Positions 10,622 to 21,055 of a stretch of DNA of 32,000 bases are shown here, piece after piece; position 1 is the stretch's first letter; every line of letters begins with the position of its first letter. A program made the translations under genes and the position numbers. Under the pieces are notes generated by a model. That model ran no database searches and was not told the origin of the DNA. It saw only the letters and a program-made list of their open reading frames with translations. The stretch is from Buchnera aphidicola str. APS (Acyrthosiphon pisum). Its GTDB lineage: Bacteria > Pseudomonadota > Gammaproteobacteria > Enterobacterales > Enterobacteriaceae. The DNA lies in contig NC_002528.1 in assembly GCF_000009605.1 (NCBI RefSeq), positions 30,001-62,000 on the forward strand, read 5' to 3'.

Positions 10622-13600
10622 TTATTCGCTTTCTAGTTCAATATTAATCCCTAATGACCGAATTTCTTTTAAAAGTACATTAAAAGATTCTGGCATTCCA
10701 GGTTCCATTTGATGATTTCCATCTACAATATTTTTATACATTTTAGTTCTTCCATTAACGTCATCAGATTTCACGGTTAACATTTCTTGTAACGTATAAG
10801 ACGCTCCGTACGCCTCTAATGCCCAAACTTCCATTTCACCGAAACGCTGTCCACCAAACTGAGCTTTTCCACCTAATGGTTGTTGAGTCACTAAACTATA
10901 AGATCCAGTAGAACGAGCATGCATTTTATCGTCTACTAAGTGATTTAATTTTAACATATACATATAACCAACAGTAACAGGTCTTTCAAATTTTTCGCCT
11001 GTTCTTCCATCAAAAAGTATAATTTGACCTGAAGTAGGTAAACCTGCAAATTTCAACATTTGTTTTATTTCATTTTCTTGTGCACCATCAAATACCGGTG
11101 TAGAAATAGGGATGCCATTTTTTAAATTCTTTGCTAAACGTAATATTTCTTCATTGGAAAATGTATCTAAATTTACTTTTTGTCTCAGGTTATCTCCTAA
11201 GTCAAAAGCTTTTTGTATAAATTTTCGTAAATTAGATATTTTTTCTTGTGTTTTAAGCATATGATTGATTTTATCACCAATACCTTTTGCCGCCATACCT
11301 AAATGTGTTTCTAGTATCTGACCGATATTCATACGAGAGGGTACACCTAATGGATTTAAAACAATATCAACTGGTATACCATTTTCGTCATAAGGCATAT
11401 CTTCAACAGGATTAATTTTAGAAATTACTCCTTTATTTCCATGTCTTCCTGCCATTTTATCGCCAGGTTGAATCTGACGTTTAACTGCTAAATACACTTT
11501 AACTATTTTTAAAACACCAGGAGCAAGATCATCGCCTTGTGTAATTTTTTGACGTTTTATTTCTATTTTTTTATTAAATTCTTCTTTTAATTCATGATGT
11601 TGTTTAGCAAGTTTTTCTATTTCTTTTTTTTTGTCTTTTTGTTTAATGTCTACAGAAAACCATTTTTCAAAAGGTAGTGTATCAAGCTGTTTTGTTTCAA
11701 TATCAAGCGATATAAAAGTTTTTTTAATATGAGTAAATAAACTAGATTCAAATATTTTGAATTCTTCAGTAAGATCTTGTTTGATTTTCTTCAGTTGCAT
11801 GTCTTCAATTTCTAAAGCTCTTTTATCTTTTTTTACACCATCTCTTGTAAATATTTGTACATCTATCACGGTACCTGATACTCCATTCGGTACTCGTAAT
11901 GAAGAATCTTTTACATCTGATGCTTTTTCACCAAAAATAGCACGTAATAATTTTTCTTCTGGAGTTAATTGTGTTTCCCCTTTTGGAGTTACTTTGCCAA
12001 CTAGTATGTCGCCGCCAGTTACTTCTGCTCCAATATAAACAATTCCTGATTCGTCTAATTTAGATAATGCAGCTTCTCCTACATTTGGTATATCTGAACT
12101 AATTTCTTCTGCTCCTAATTTAGTATCTCTTGATATACAAGATAACTCCTGAATATGAATTGTGGTGAAGCGATCTTCTTGAACAACCCTTTCTGAGACT
12201 AATATTGAATCTTCAAAATTGTATCCATTCCATGGCATAAATGCTACACGCATATTTTGTCCTAATGCAAGTTCTCCTAAATCTGTAGATGGACCGTCTG
12301 CTAGAACATCACCTTTTTTAATTTTTTCGCCTAAATTAACGCAGGGCTGTTGATTAATACAAGTATTTTGATTAGATCGAGTATATTTAGTAAGATTATA
12401 AATATCTATTCCAGCTTCTCTTGAATACATTTCTTTTTCATCTACTTTTATTACTATACGTGAAGCATCTACATATTGAACAACACCACTTCTTTTAGCT
12501 ACTGCTGTAACACCAGAATCTACTGCTACTGCTCGTTCCATTCCGGTCCCTATCAAAGGTTTATCTGTTTTAAGGGTAGGTACTGCTTGACGTTGCATAT
12601 TAGCACCCATCAGTGCTCTATTAGCATCATCATGTTCAGGAAAAGGAATTAAAGACGCTCCAACAGATACAATTTGTTGAGTAGATACATCCATATAATT
12701 TACTTGATTACGGTTGAATAAACTAGATTCGCCTTTATGTCGGCAAGTTACTAAATCGTCAGTAAAAAAACCAGTTTTATCGATATTAGTATTAGCTTGT
12801 GCAATAATATAATTGCCTTCTTCTATAGCTGATAGATAATGAATTTCCTCACTAACTAAACCGTTACAAACTTTTCGATAAGGTGTTTCTAAAAATCCAT
12901 GAGAATTTGTTTGAGCGTACACAGATAAAGAATTAATTAATCCAATATTCGGACCTTCTGGTGTTTCGATAGGACATACTCGTCCATAATGTGTTGGATG
13001 TACATCTCGAACTTCAAAACCTGCTCTTTCTCTGGTTAAACCACCTAAACCTAATGCTGAAATTCTTCTTTTATGCGTAATTTCTGATAAAGGATTATTT
13101 TGATCCATAAATTGTGATAATTGACTAGAACCAAAAAATTCTTTAACCGCAGCTGATATTGGTTTAGCATTAATCATATCTTGTGGCATAAGCGCATCTA
13201 AATCGCCGATAGACAATCTTTCTTTAACTGCTCTTTCCACTCTTACTAAACCGATTCTAAATTGGTTTTCCGCCATTTCACCTACTGATCTAACACGTCG
13301 ATTTCCTAGATGATCAATATCATCTACTTCTCCTTTTCCATTTCGGATATCGATAATTTTTTTTATAACATCAATGATGTCTTCTTTATTTAACGTACTT
13401 GAACCTTTAGTTTCTTCACGTAAAAGGGATCTGTTAAATTTCATTCTACCTACAGTAGAAAGATCGTATCTGTCTTCAGAAAAAAATAAATTTTCGAATA
13501 AATTTTCTGTTGCCTCTTTAGTAGGTGGTTCTCCTGGCCTCATAACTCGATAAATTTCTATTAAAGCACTCATACGATCATTAGATGAATCTATTCGTAA

Positions 13601-14650
13601 CGTTTCTGATATATATGGACCATGATCTAAATCATTAGTAAACAATGTTTCAATAGAGTAGAAACCTAATTTTTTTAATTTTTCTAATATCTCTAAAGAT
13701 AATTCTGTATTAGAAGAAATAATTGTTTCGCCTGTTTTTTTATCTACATAATTTTTAGATACAATTCTTCCAAGAATATATTCAACAGGAACTGTGATAG
13801 ATTTTATTTTATTATTTTTTAATTCTTGAATATGTTTAGCAGTAATACGACGACCTTTTTCTACATATATTATTCCATTTTTTTTAATATTAAATGATGC
13901 AGTTTCACCTCGGAGTCTTTCGGGAACTAATTCTAATACAATTTTGTTATTTTCTATTTTAAAAATATTTTTCTCAAAAAATATGTTTAATATTTCTTCT
14001 GTATTATAATTAAGAGCCCGCAAAATAATGCTTACTGGTAGCTTTCTACGTCTATCAATTCTAACAAATAAATTATCTTTTGGATCAAATTCAAAATCTA
14101 ACCAAGAACCGCGATAAGGAATAATCCGGGCATTATATAGAACTTTTCCTGAGGAGTGTGTTTTACCTTTATCACTATCAAAAAAGACTCCAGGACTACG
14201 GTGTAACTGAGAAACAACTACTCTTTCTGTTCCATTTATTATAAATGTTCCATTGTTAGTCATTAATGGAATTTCACCCATATATACTTCTTGTTCTTTA
14301 ATGTCTTTAACAGTAGCTTCTAATATGTCACGTTCGTAGATAACAAGGCGTAATTTTACTCTCAGTGCCGCCGAATAAGTAGCACCTCTTATTTGACATT
14401 CTTTAACATCAAATATTGTTTCTCCTAAACGGTAACTAACATATTGTAATTCAGAGTTTCCATTATAACCGCGAATAGGAAATACAGAACGAAATGCTGC
14501 TTCTAATCCGTGTTGACCTGATAAATCTGGTTGAATAAATTTTTTAAAAGAATTTAATTGAATCGAAAGAAGATATGGTATATCTAACACTTTAGGACGT
14601 TTGCCAAAATCTTTACGAATACGTTTTTTTTCGGTATAAGAGTAAACCAT
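10622..14650 (-). CDS. rpoB: DNA-directed RNA polymerase subunit beta
   Basis: 1342 aa ORF with [32 protein letters not shown], the rifampicin-binding region, and [44 protein letters not shown]. Confidence 0.99.
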
Positions 14651-14807
14651 GGGGTTCCTAAGCTCGTTGACAGATAAGTTGAAAATTAATTTATCTTTTT
14701 GTCTGAAGGGGAGACAGTTTTAATATTTCCGTAAGAATTTTAATTACATTTTGTATTTTTTTTAAATGTTTTTTAAAAAATGATTTGAATTTTATTTTGA
14801 TCAACAG

Positions 14808-14832
14808 GGCTGGTGAAGCAACATCACCAGCC
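14808..14832 (-). promoter_or_regulatory. rplL-rpoB intergenic attenuator-type / RNA-processing hairpin
   Basis: GGCTGGTGA-AGCAACA-TCACCAGCC, a perfect 9-bp stem with 6 GC pairs, in the rplL-rpoB gap. This is where E. coli carries the partial attenuator between rplL and rpoB. Confidence 0.8.
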
Positions 14833-14870
14833 GTATTTGAAAATTAATTAAATTATAAAATTTAATATTT

Positions 14871-15239
14871 TTATTTAATTTCGATTTCGGCACCAACATC
14901 TTCCAATGTTTTTTTAAGTGATTCTGCGTCTTCTTTGCTGATATTTTCTTTTAAAACTGTTGGGGCAGATTCTACTAAATCTTTGGCTTCTTTTAGTCCT
15001 AGACCGGTTGCACTACGTACAGTTTTAATTACTGACACTTTATTTGGCCCAATAACTTTTAAAAAAATATCAAATTCTGTTTTTTCTTCGCGTAAATCTT
15101 TTTCATTATGGTTGTTGCTATTAATAGACATGCTAGCAGAGACACCAAATTTCTCTTCCATTGCTGTAATAAGATCTACAACATTCATAACAGACATTTC
15201 TGATATAGCTTCTAAGATTTGTTCTTTAGTAATAGACAT
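14871..15239 (-). CDS. rplL: 50S ribosomal protein L7/L12
   Basis: 122 aa ORF with the C-terminal domain [27 protein letters not shown]...[20 protein letters not shown]. Confidence 0.98.
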   Translation of the reverse strand: MSITKEQILEAISEMSVMNVVDLITAMEEKFGVSASMSINSNNHNEKDLREEKTEFDIFLKVIGPNKVSVIKTVRSATGLGLKEAKDLVESAPTVLKENISKEDAESLKKTLEDVGAEIEIK

Positions 15240-15305
15240 AACAATAATTCCTAATAACCATTAGAATTATTTTAGATGTTATTAATACATCAAAAATAAT
15301 AACCT

Positions 15306-15803
15306 TTAAGAGGTTTCTTTTTTCTGTTTTATAGCAGATAATGTATAAATTAGTTTTCCGGCAATCAACATCTTCCATGTTAACAGAAGTTTGATTATTG
15401 CTTCTTTATAAGTAGGCATATCTGCAAGTTGATTAATTTCTAAAATAGAGAGTAATTTTCCTTCAAAAGCTGCTCCTGTAATTTTAAATTGTGTGTTTTT
15501 TTTTGAAAATTCTTTAAATAATCTAGCACCACTACCTGGATGTATCATAGAATAAGCGATAAAGGTAGAGCCTTTTAATTTTTTTTTTAAACACTCAAAA
15601 ACAGTATTTTTAATTGCTAAAGACAACAGAGTGTTTTGAACAATGCTCATTTTCACTCCTACTTCACGTCCAGATTTTCTTAACTCGTTTATTTTATTTA
15701 CACACACACCCTGTAAATCTGCAGTAACAGCTGATAATGCTGTGTTAGATATTTTATTAATTTTTGAAACAATTATTTTCTTGTCATGAATACTTAATGC
15801 CAT
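15306..15803 (-). CDS. rplJ: 50S ribosomal protein L10
   Basis: 165 aa ORF beginning MALSIHDKKIIVSKINKISNTALSAVTADLQGV, located between rplA and rplL. Confidence 0.96.
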   Translation of the reverse strand: MALSIHDKKIIVSKINKISNTALSAVTADLQGVCVNKINELRKSGREVGVKMSIVQNTLLSLAIKNTVFECLKKKLKGSTFIAYSMIHPGSGARLFKEFSKKNTQFKITGAAFEGKLLSILEINQLADMPTYKEAIIKLLLTWKMLIAGKLIYTLSAIKQKKETS

Positions 15804-16068
15804 TTATCAGATTTTCCTTATTGATCTAGAGAAAAATAATTTGAATTAATTTTAAAGAAAGACAGTAAGCATGATAATTCGTTTTTTCAAAATATACTTT
15901 GATAGAATTTTATTCTATGACTATAGTAAAAACATTGAATAATAAATTTTCAGTACTAAAATTAGATTGTTTTTAAATATTTTTAATTAAAAAAACTTTG
16001 AATACTAGTTAAAAAAAGGTTATTATTATAAATAATTTTTCTTATAGCGTAAAGTGGAAATCATTTTC

Positions 16069-16764
16069 TTACAGCGATAAAGTAGACTGATCAACCATTA
16101 ATCCTACACCCATAGTTGTTGATAAAACTATTTTTTTTATATATATCCCTTTGGATTGCGGCGGTTTTGCTTTTTTAATAGATTCTAAAAACACATTTAA
16201 ATTTTCTTTTATCTCATTTTTATGAAAATTAATTCGACCAATTGTAGCATGAATAATCCCGTTTTTATCATTTCGATAACGTACTTGTCCTGTTTTTGCA
16301 TTTTTAATGGCTTCAGCAATATTTGTTGTTATTGTTCCTAATTTAGTATTAGGCATTAAGTTGCGAGGACCTAGTATTTGTCCTAGTTGTGTTACTATTT
16401 TCATTGCATCAGGGGTCGCAATAACAACATCAAAATCAACACCTTCTTTTTTAATTTTTTCCGATAAATCCTCCATCCCTATTAATTCTGCACCTGCATC
16501 TTTAGCTATTGCAATATTATCACCTTGTGTAAATACGGCTACTCGAATAGAACGGCCGATACCATTTGGTAATACTGTTGAGCTTCGAATATTCTGATCG
16601 GATTTTTTAGAATTTATACCTAAATTAATTGCTATATCAATGCTTTCATTAAATTTTACTGTCGATGATTTTTTTAATAAGTCTATTGTCTCGTCAATAT
16701 GGTGTAATTTTGCAAAATTAATATGTTCTTTTATTTTTTTCATACGTTTAGTTTTTTTATTCAT
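16069..16764 (-). CDS. rplA: 50S ribosomal protein L1
   Basis: 231 aa ORF with [64 protein letters not shown]. Confidence 0.98.
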   Translation of the reverse strand: MNKKTKRMKKIKEHINFAKLHHIDETIDLLKKSSTVKFNESIDIAINLGINSKKSDQNIRSSTVLPNGIGRSIRVAVFTQGDNIAIAKDAGAELIGMEDLSEKIKKEGVDFDVVIATPDAMKIVTQLGQILGPRNLMPNTKLGTITTNIAEAIKNAKTGQVRYRNDKNGIIHATIGRINFHKNEIKENLNVFLESIKKAKPPQSKGIYIKKIVLSTTMGVGLMVDQSTLSL

Positions 16765-16766
16765 TA

Positions 16767-17195
16767 TTATCCCTCAATAATTAGACCCATAGATTTAGCA
16801 GTACCTTCTATAGATCGCATCATGTTTTCAATATTAGAACCAGTCATGTCATTATTTTTAATAATTGCTATCTCTTTGATTTGTGAGCGATTTATTTTTC
16901 CTATTTTTTCTGATTTATTTTTACTAGAACCTTTTTTAATTCCAGATAGTTTTTTTAATAATACAGAAGCAGGAGGAGTTTTTGTAATAAATGTAAATGA
17001 ACGATCAGAATAAACTGTAATTATTACTGGTATGGGAAGTCCTTTTTCTATATTTTCTGTTTTTTTATTAAATAGTTTACAAAACTCCATGATATTCACA
17101 CCTTTTTGGCCTAAAGCTGGACCAATTGGTGGACTAGGATTAGCTGCACCAGCTGAAACTTGTAGCTTGATATATGATTGTATTTTTTTTGCCAT
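16767..17195 (-). CDS. rplK: 50S ribosomal protein L11
   Basis: 142 aa ORF with [34 protein letters not shown]. Confidence 0.98.
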
Positions 17196-17242
17196 TATTT
17201 TCTCATTTTATATAAAATTTTTATTAAAATTTACAAGATATG

Positions 17243-17788
17243 TTAATTTTTTTCAACTTGTCTAAAATCTAGTTCGACCGGAGTAGATCTTCCAAAAATA
17301 GAAACAGAAACTTTCAGTCTACTTTTTTCATAATCAACTTCTTCTACAACACCATTAAAATCAGCAAAAGGACCATCATTGACGCGGATCATTTCTCCTG
17401 GTTCGAATAAGGTTTTTGGTCTTGGTTTATTACCAATTTTACGTAGTCTATTAATGATAATTTCTACTTCTTTGTCACTAATCGGTGAAGGTTTATCTGA
17501 TTTCCCCCCAATAAAACCTAAAACTTTTGGGACATTTCTAATTAAATGCCAGGTTGAATCTGTCATTTTCATTTGTATCAAAACATATCCAGGAAAAAAT
17601 TTATATTCGCTTTTTCTGCGTTGTCCACCTCGTATTTCAACAACCTCTTGAGAAGGGACCATTACTTCTCCGAATAAATCTTCCATTTGATTTAATTTCA
17701 CATGTTCCCGTATTGATTGTGCTACACGACTTTCGAATCCAGAAAAAGCTTGTAATACATACCATCTCTTTTTTTGACTCTCATGCAT
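17243..17788 (-). CDS. nusG: Transcription termination/antitermination factor NusG
   Basis: 181 aa ORF with [30 protein letters not shown], and the KOW motif region [46 protein letters not shown]. Confidence 0.98.
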   Translation of the reverse strand: MHESQKKRWYVLQAFSGFESRVAQSIREHVKLNQMEDLFGEVMVPSQEVVEIRGGQRRKSEYKFFPGYVLIQMKMTDSTWHLIRNVPKVLGFIGGKSDKPSPISDKEVEIIINRLRKIGNKPRPKTLFEPGEMIRVNDGPFADFNGVVEEVDYEKSRLKVSVSIFGRSTPVELDFRQVEKN

Positions 17789-17790
17789 TG

Positions 17791-18174
17791 TTAGAACCTT
17801 AAACTAATAATAAATGCTATTAAACGAAAGATTACACTATCTATACTCCATAAAATAAAGGATATAAAGATTGTTACAGAAATCACAATGAATGTAGTAT
17901 ATAAAGTTTCTTTATATTTAGGCCATATTATTTTTTGCATCTCTTTTTTGGACATTACTATATATAATAATATATCTTTTCCCTTTTTCGTGTATATCAT
18001 AGTACCTATTGCACAGAGCATTAAACAGGATATAATAAATATACGTATAAATAATTGTGTCTCGTAAAAACACATATTAATAAAAAAAGATAGAATAAAA
18101 AATATAGATATAGATATCCATTTTACTTTTTCTGGAATTTTATGCTTATTTCGATTGTAGTGATGTTTATTCAT
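17791..18174 (-). CDS. secE: Protein translocase subunit SecE
   Basis: 127 aa membrane protein ORF ending in the conserved [38 protein letters not shown] segment. Two nt upstream of nusG. Confidence 0.93.
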   Translation of the reverse strand: MNKHHYNRNKHKIPEKVKWISISIFFILSFFINMCFYETQLFIRIFIISCLMLCAIGTMIYTKKGKDILLYIVMSKKEMQKIIWPKYKETLYTTFIVISVTIFISFILWSIDSVIFRLIAFIISLRF

Positions 18175-18488
18175 AATTTCTCCTAAAATTATAAAATAAT
18201 ATAGAAAAAATATGTTAATACATAAAAAATTTCATTCTTTTTTTTATTTTTAAAAATTATATTTTCAAATGAAAAAAATTTTCGTTATTGTGAAAATTAT
18301 AAACTATTAAAATAAACTATTTTTTTTTAAAATAGATTAATTTTTTTATGAAGTAAGTGTAGAAGTTTTAATATATAGAATATTTTAAAATAAAAAGTAT
18401 TAGGTGAGAGTTATGATAAATGATTTGAAAAATATTTATTTAAAAAATTAAATTATTTTAGATGATATTAAATAAATTTTAGTTATTA

Positions 18489-18561
18489 TGCTGATACCCA
18501 GGATTGAACTGGGGACCTCACCCTTACCAAGGGTGTGCTCTACCTACTGAGCCATATCAGC
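18489..18561 (-). tRNA. thrT: tRNA-Thr(GGT), no encoded CCA
   Basis: Complement reads GCTGATATGGCTCAGTAGGTAGAGCACACCCTTGGTAAGGGTGAGGTCCCCAGTTCAAATCCTGGGTATCAGCA. Acceptor GCTGATA/TATCAGC; anticodon loop CTTGGTAA gives GGT. Confidence 0.96.
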
Positions 18562-18576
18562 AGTTTTCATTTTTTT

Positions 18577-18648
<72 letters not shown>

Positions 18649-18670
18649 ATATTTTTATAGTTTTTATAGT

Positions 18671-18755
<85 letters not shown>

Positions 18756-18770
18756 TTAAAAATAATTTTA

Positions 18771-18843
<73 letters not shown>

Positions 18844-18895
18844 TATTTTTTATAATATTTTAGTTATTTTTTAAAATAACAATTTTAAATGAATT

Positions 18896-18924
18896 ATATT
18901 ATATAATTTTTCATTTGTATGCAA
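18896..18924 (-). promoter_or_regulatory. Sigma70-type promoter for the thrU-tyrU-glyT-thrT tRNA cluster
   Basis: Complement has TTGCAT (18924-18919), a 17-nt spacer (18918-18902), then TAATAT (18901-18896). It lies about 50 nt upstream of the first tRNA, in the gap after murB. Confidence 0.7.
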
Positions 18925-18980
18925 GTTTTTTTATTTAAAAATAATATTAATAGAAAGTATTATATTTTTTTGATCTGTAT

Positions 18981-20051
18981 TTATATAACTTTCAACTTAC
19001 TGTTTAATTTAAAAATTTTCGATGCTTTTATTTTTCCGGATGCTCCGATAAGATCTACTTCTGGTTCTAATAATATATTAAATTTTTTTAAAATACATTT
19101 GTGTATTATTTTAGCTAATTTTATAATTTCTTGAGCAGTGGCATTTTTTTTATTAATTAATATAAGTTTTTGTTTTTTATGAATAGCTGCATCGCCAATT
19201 TGAAGATGTTTAAATTTATAATTTTCAATTAACCAAGCAGCAGAAATTTTCACTAAACCGTTTTTTTGTGGATAATTTGGTACTTTATATAAATTTATTA
19301 GTTTTTGTGCTTTTTTCTTTTTAATTAGGGGGTTTTTAAAAAAACTGCCTGCATTGCCGATTTTTTTTGGATCAGGTAATTTTTTTTTACGTATTTTACA
19401 TATTATATTGAAAATCTTGTATGCAGTTATATTTATTGGTGTAATATAATTTTCTAATGAAGAAAAAAGAATTGGACGCCATTTCTTTGACAGCTTTATC
19501 CCGACTCTAATAACAGCATGTTCATTTTTGTATTGATCTTTAAAAATACTATTACGATAGGAAAATTTACAAGAATTTTTATAAATTCTTTTAATTGTAT
19601 TGTCTTTTAAAGACAATATATCAACGTATTGACATACATCTTTAAATTCTAATCCGTATGCGCCAATGTTTTGAATAGCTGCGGATCCTATACAACCCGG
19701 AATTAATGCTAAATTTTCTAATCCTAAAATACCTAAATTCAATGTTAATTTTACTAAATTATGCCATTTTTCTCCTGAAAAAACATGCAATAACCAAAAA
19801 TTTTTTTTTTCTACTATTTTTATTCCTTTAATACGATTAATAATTACGACTCCTACATAATTTTCCAAAAATAATACATTACTTCCCTCTCCTAAAATTA
19901 TATAAGGAATATTAGATAATTGGCAAATTTTAGATATATCAATTAGTGATTGAATCGTTTTTACAAAAATTATTTTTTTTGCTGTTACATCTATTGCAAA
20001 TGTGTTTAAATCTTTTAGTGATTGACTAGAAAAATATTTTTTTTTATGCAT
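18981..20051 (-). CDS. murB: UDP-N-acetylenolpyruvoylglucosamine reductase
   Basis: 356 aa ORF with LGEGSNVLF, NLALIPGCIGSAAIQNIGAYG, FSYRNSIFKD, GSFFKNP, SAAWLIENYKFK. Confidence 0.96.
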   Translation of the reverse strand: MHKKKYFSSQSLKDLNTFAIDVTAKKIIFVKTIQSLIDISKICQLSNIPYIILGEGSNVLFLENYVGVVIINRIKGIKIVEKKNFWLLHVFSGEKWHNLVKLTLNLGILGLENLALIPGCIGSAAIQNIGAYGLEFKDVCQYVDILSLKDNTIKRIYKNSCKFSYRNSIFKDQYKNEHAVIRVGIKLSKKWRPILFSSLENYITPINITAYKIFNIICKIRKKKLPDPKKIGNAGSFFKNPLIKKKKAQKLINLYKVPNYPQKNGLVKISAAWLIENYKFKHLQIGDAAIHKKQKLILINKKNATAQEIIKLAKIIHKCILKKFNILLEPEVDLIGASGKIKASKIFKLNSKLKVI

Positions 20052-20165
20052 AGAAAATCGATTAATAATTTTATTAGTTTTTTTATAATAATCAATACAT
20101 ATTCATTAGTATATAGTGATTTTTTTGAAAAATTTTAGATAAATTCATTTTAATGGAATTTTATA

Positions 20166-21044
20166 ATGAAAAATTATTCTCAGTATCATCAAGATATAAT
20201 GAATCAAAAATTAGAAAACATTCGCAATAATATACAGTGTTCTTTTGAATTTTTTCCGCCGAAAAATTCTTTTTTAGAAGAAAATTTATGGTCTACAGTT
20301 AACCGTCTTTCCTTATTAAAACCAAAATTTTTTTCTGTAACTTATGGCGCAAATACTGGTGAACGTGAAAAAACATATGATACTGTACAGAAGATATATA
20401 AAAAAACAGGTATTATTACAGCGGCTCATTTAACTTGTATTGATTCCACACCTCATAAATTAAAAGAAATAGCATACAATTATTGGAATAGCGGAATTAA
20501 AAGTATTGTAGCACTTAGAGGAGATACATTAGAAAAAGATTATAGGCATACTATGTATGCAGTAGATTTAGTTCTTTTATTAAAAAAAATAGCTGACTTT
20601 GACATTTCCGTAGCCGCTTATCCTGAATTACATCCTGAATCAAAAAACGTTAAATCAGATATACTGAATTTAAAGAAAAAAGTTGATGCAGGTGCGAGCA
20701 GAGCAATTACTCAGTTCTTTTTTAATATTGAAAGTTATTTGCGTTTTCGAGATAATTGTATTAAAAATAAAATAAATATTGATATTATACCAGGTATTTT
20801 ACCGGTATGTAATTTTCAGAAATTAAAACGTTTTTCAAGTATGACTAATGTTAAAATTCCAAAATGGATGCTTGATATGTTTAATGGTTTAGATGATGAT
20901 ATATTCACACAGAAAATAATTGGTTCTAGTATAGCTATAGATATGGTAAAAAAATTATCTTGTGAAGGAGTAAAAAATTTTCATTTTTACACTTTAAATC
21001 AGTCTGATATTACTTATTCTATTTGTCATATCTTAGGTCTATAA
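20166..21044 (+). CDS. metF: 5,10-methylenetetrahydrofolate reductase
   Basis: 292 aa ORF with SFEFFPPKN, FFSVTYGANTG, HLTCIDSTP, ALRGD, DAGASRAITQFFF. Confidence 0.98.
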   Translation: MKNYSQYHQDIMNQKLENIRNNIQCSFEFFPPKNSFLEENLWSTVNRLSLLKPKFFSVTYGANTGEREKTYDTVQKIYKKTGIITAAHLTCIDSTPHKLKEIAYNYWNSGIKSIVALRGDTLEKDYRHTMYAVDLVLLLKKIADFDISVAAYPELHPESKNVKSDILNLKKKVDAGASRAITQFFFNIESYLRFRDNCIKNKINIDIIPGILPVCNFQKLKRFSSMTNVKIPKWMLDMFNGLDDDIFTQKIIGSSIAIDMVKKLSCEGVKNFHFYTLNQSDITYSICHILGL

Positions 21045-21055
21045 AAATCTTTAAT

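Noticed and set aside
11757-12038. 93-aa plus-strand ORF opposite rpoB
   Set aside because: Antisense shadow ORF with no domain signal and no independent support.
14935-15264. 109-aa plus-strand ORF opposite rplL
   Set aside because: Shadow of the rplL coding sequence; no plausible product.
15902-15918. ATAGAAT-TTT-ATTCTAT palindrome in the rplA-rplJ gap
   Set aside because: Short, mostly AT, 3-nt loop; expected by chance at this composition. I could not recognise the E. coli L10-leader structure there.
16307-17802. ORFs 16307-16597, 16723-17013, 17032-17265, 17379-17651, 17554-17802 opposite rplA/rplK/nusG
   Set aside because: All antisense to confidently identified genes, with low-complexity or shadow sequences.
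18919-19134. 71-aa plus-strand ORF opposite the tRNA promoter/murB 3' end
   Set aside because: Hydrophobic chance ORF overlapping murB antisense and the candidate tRNA promoter.
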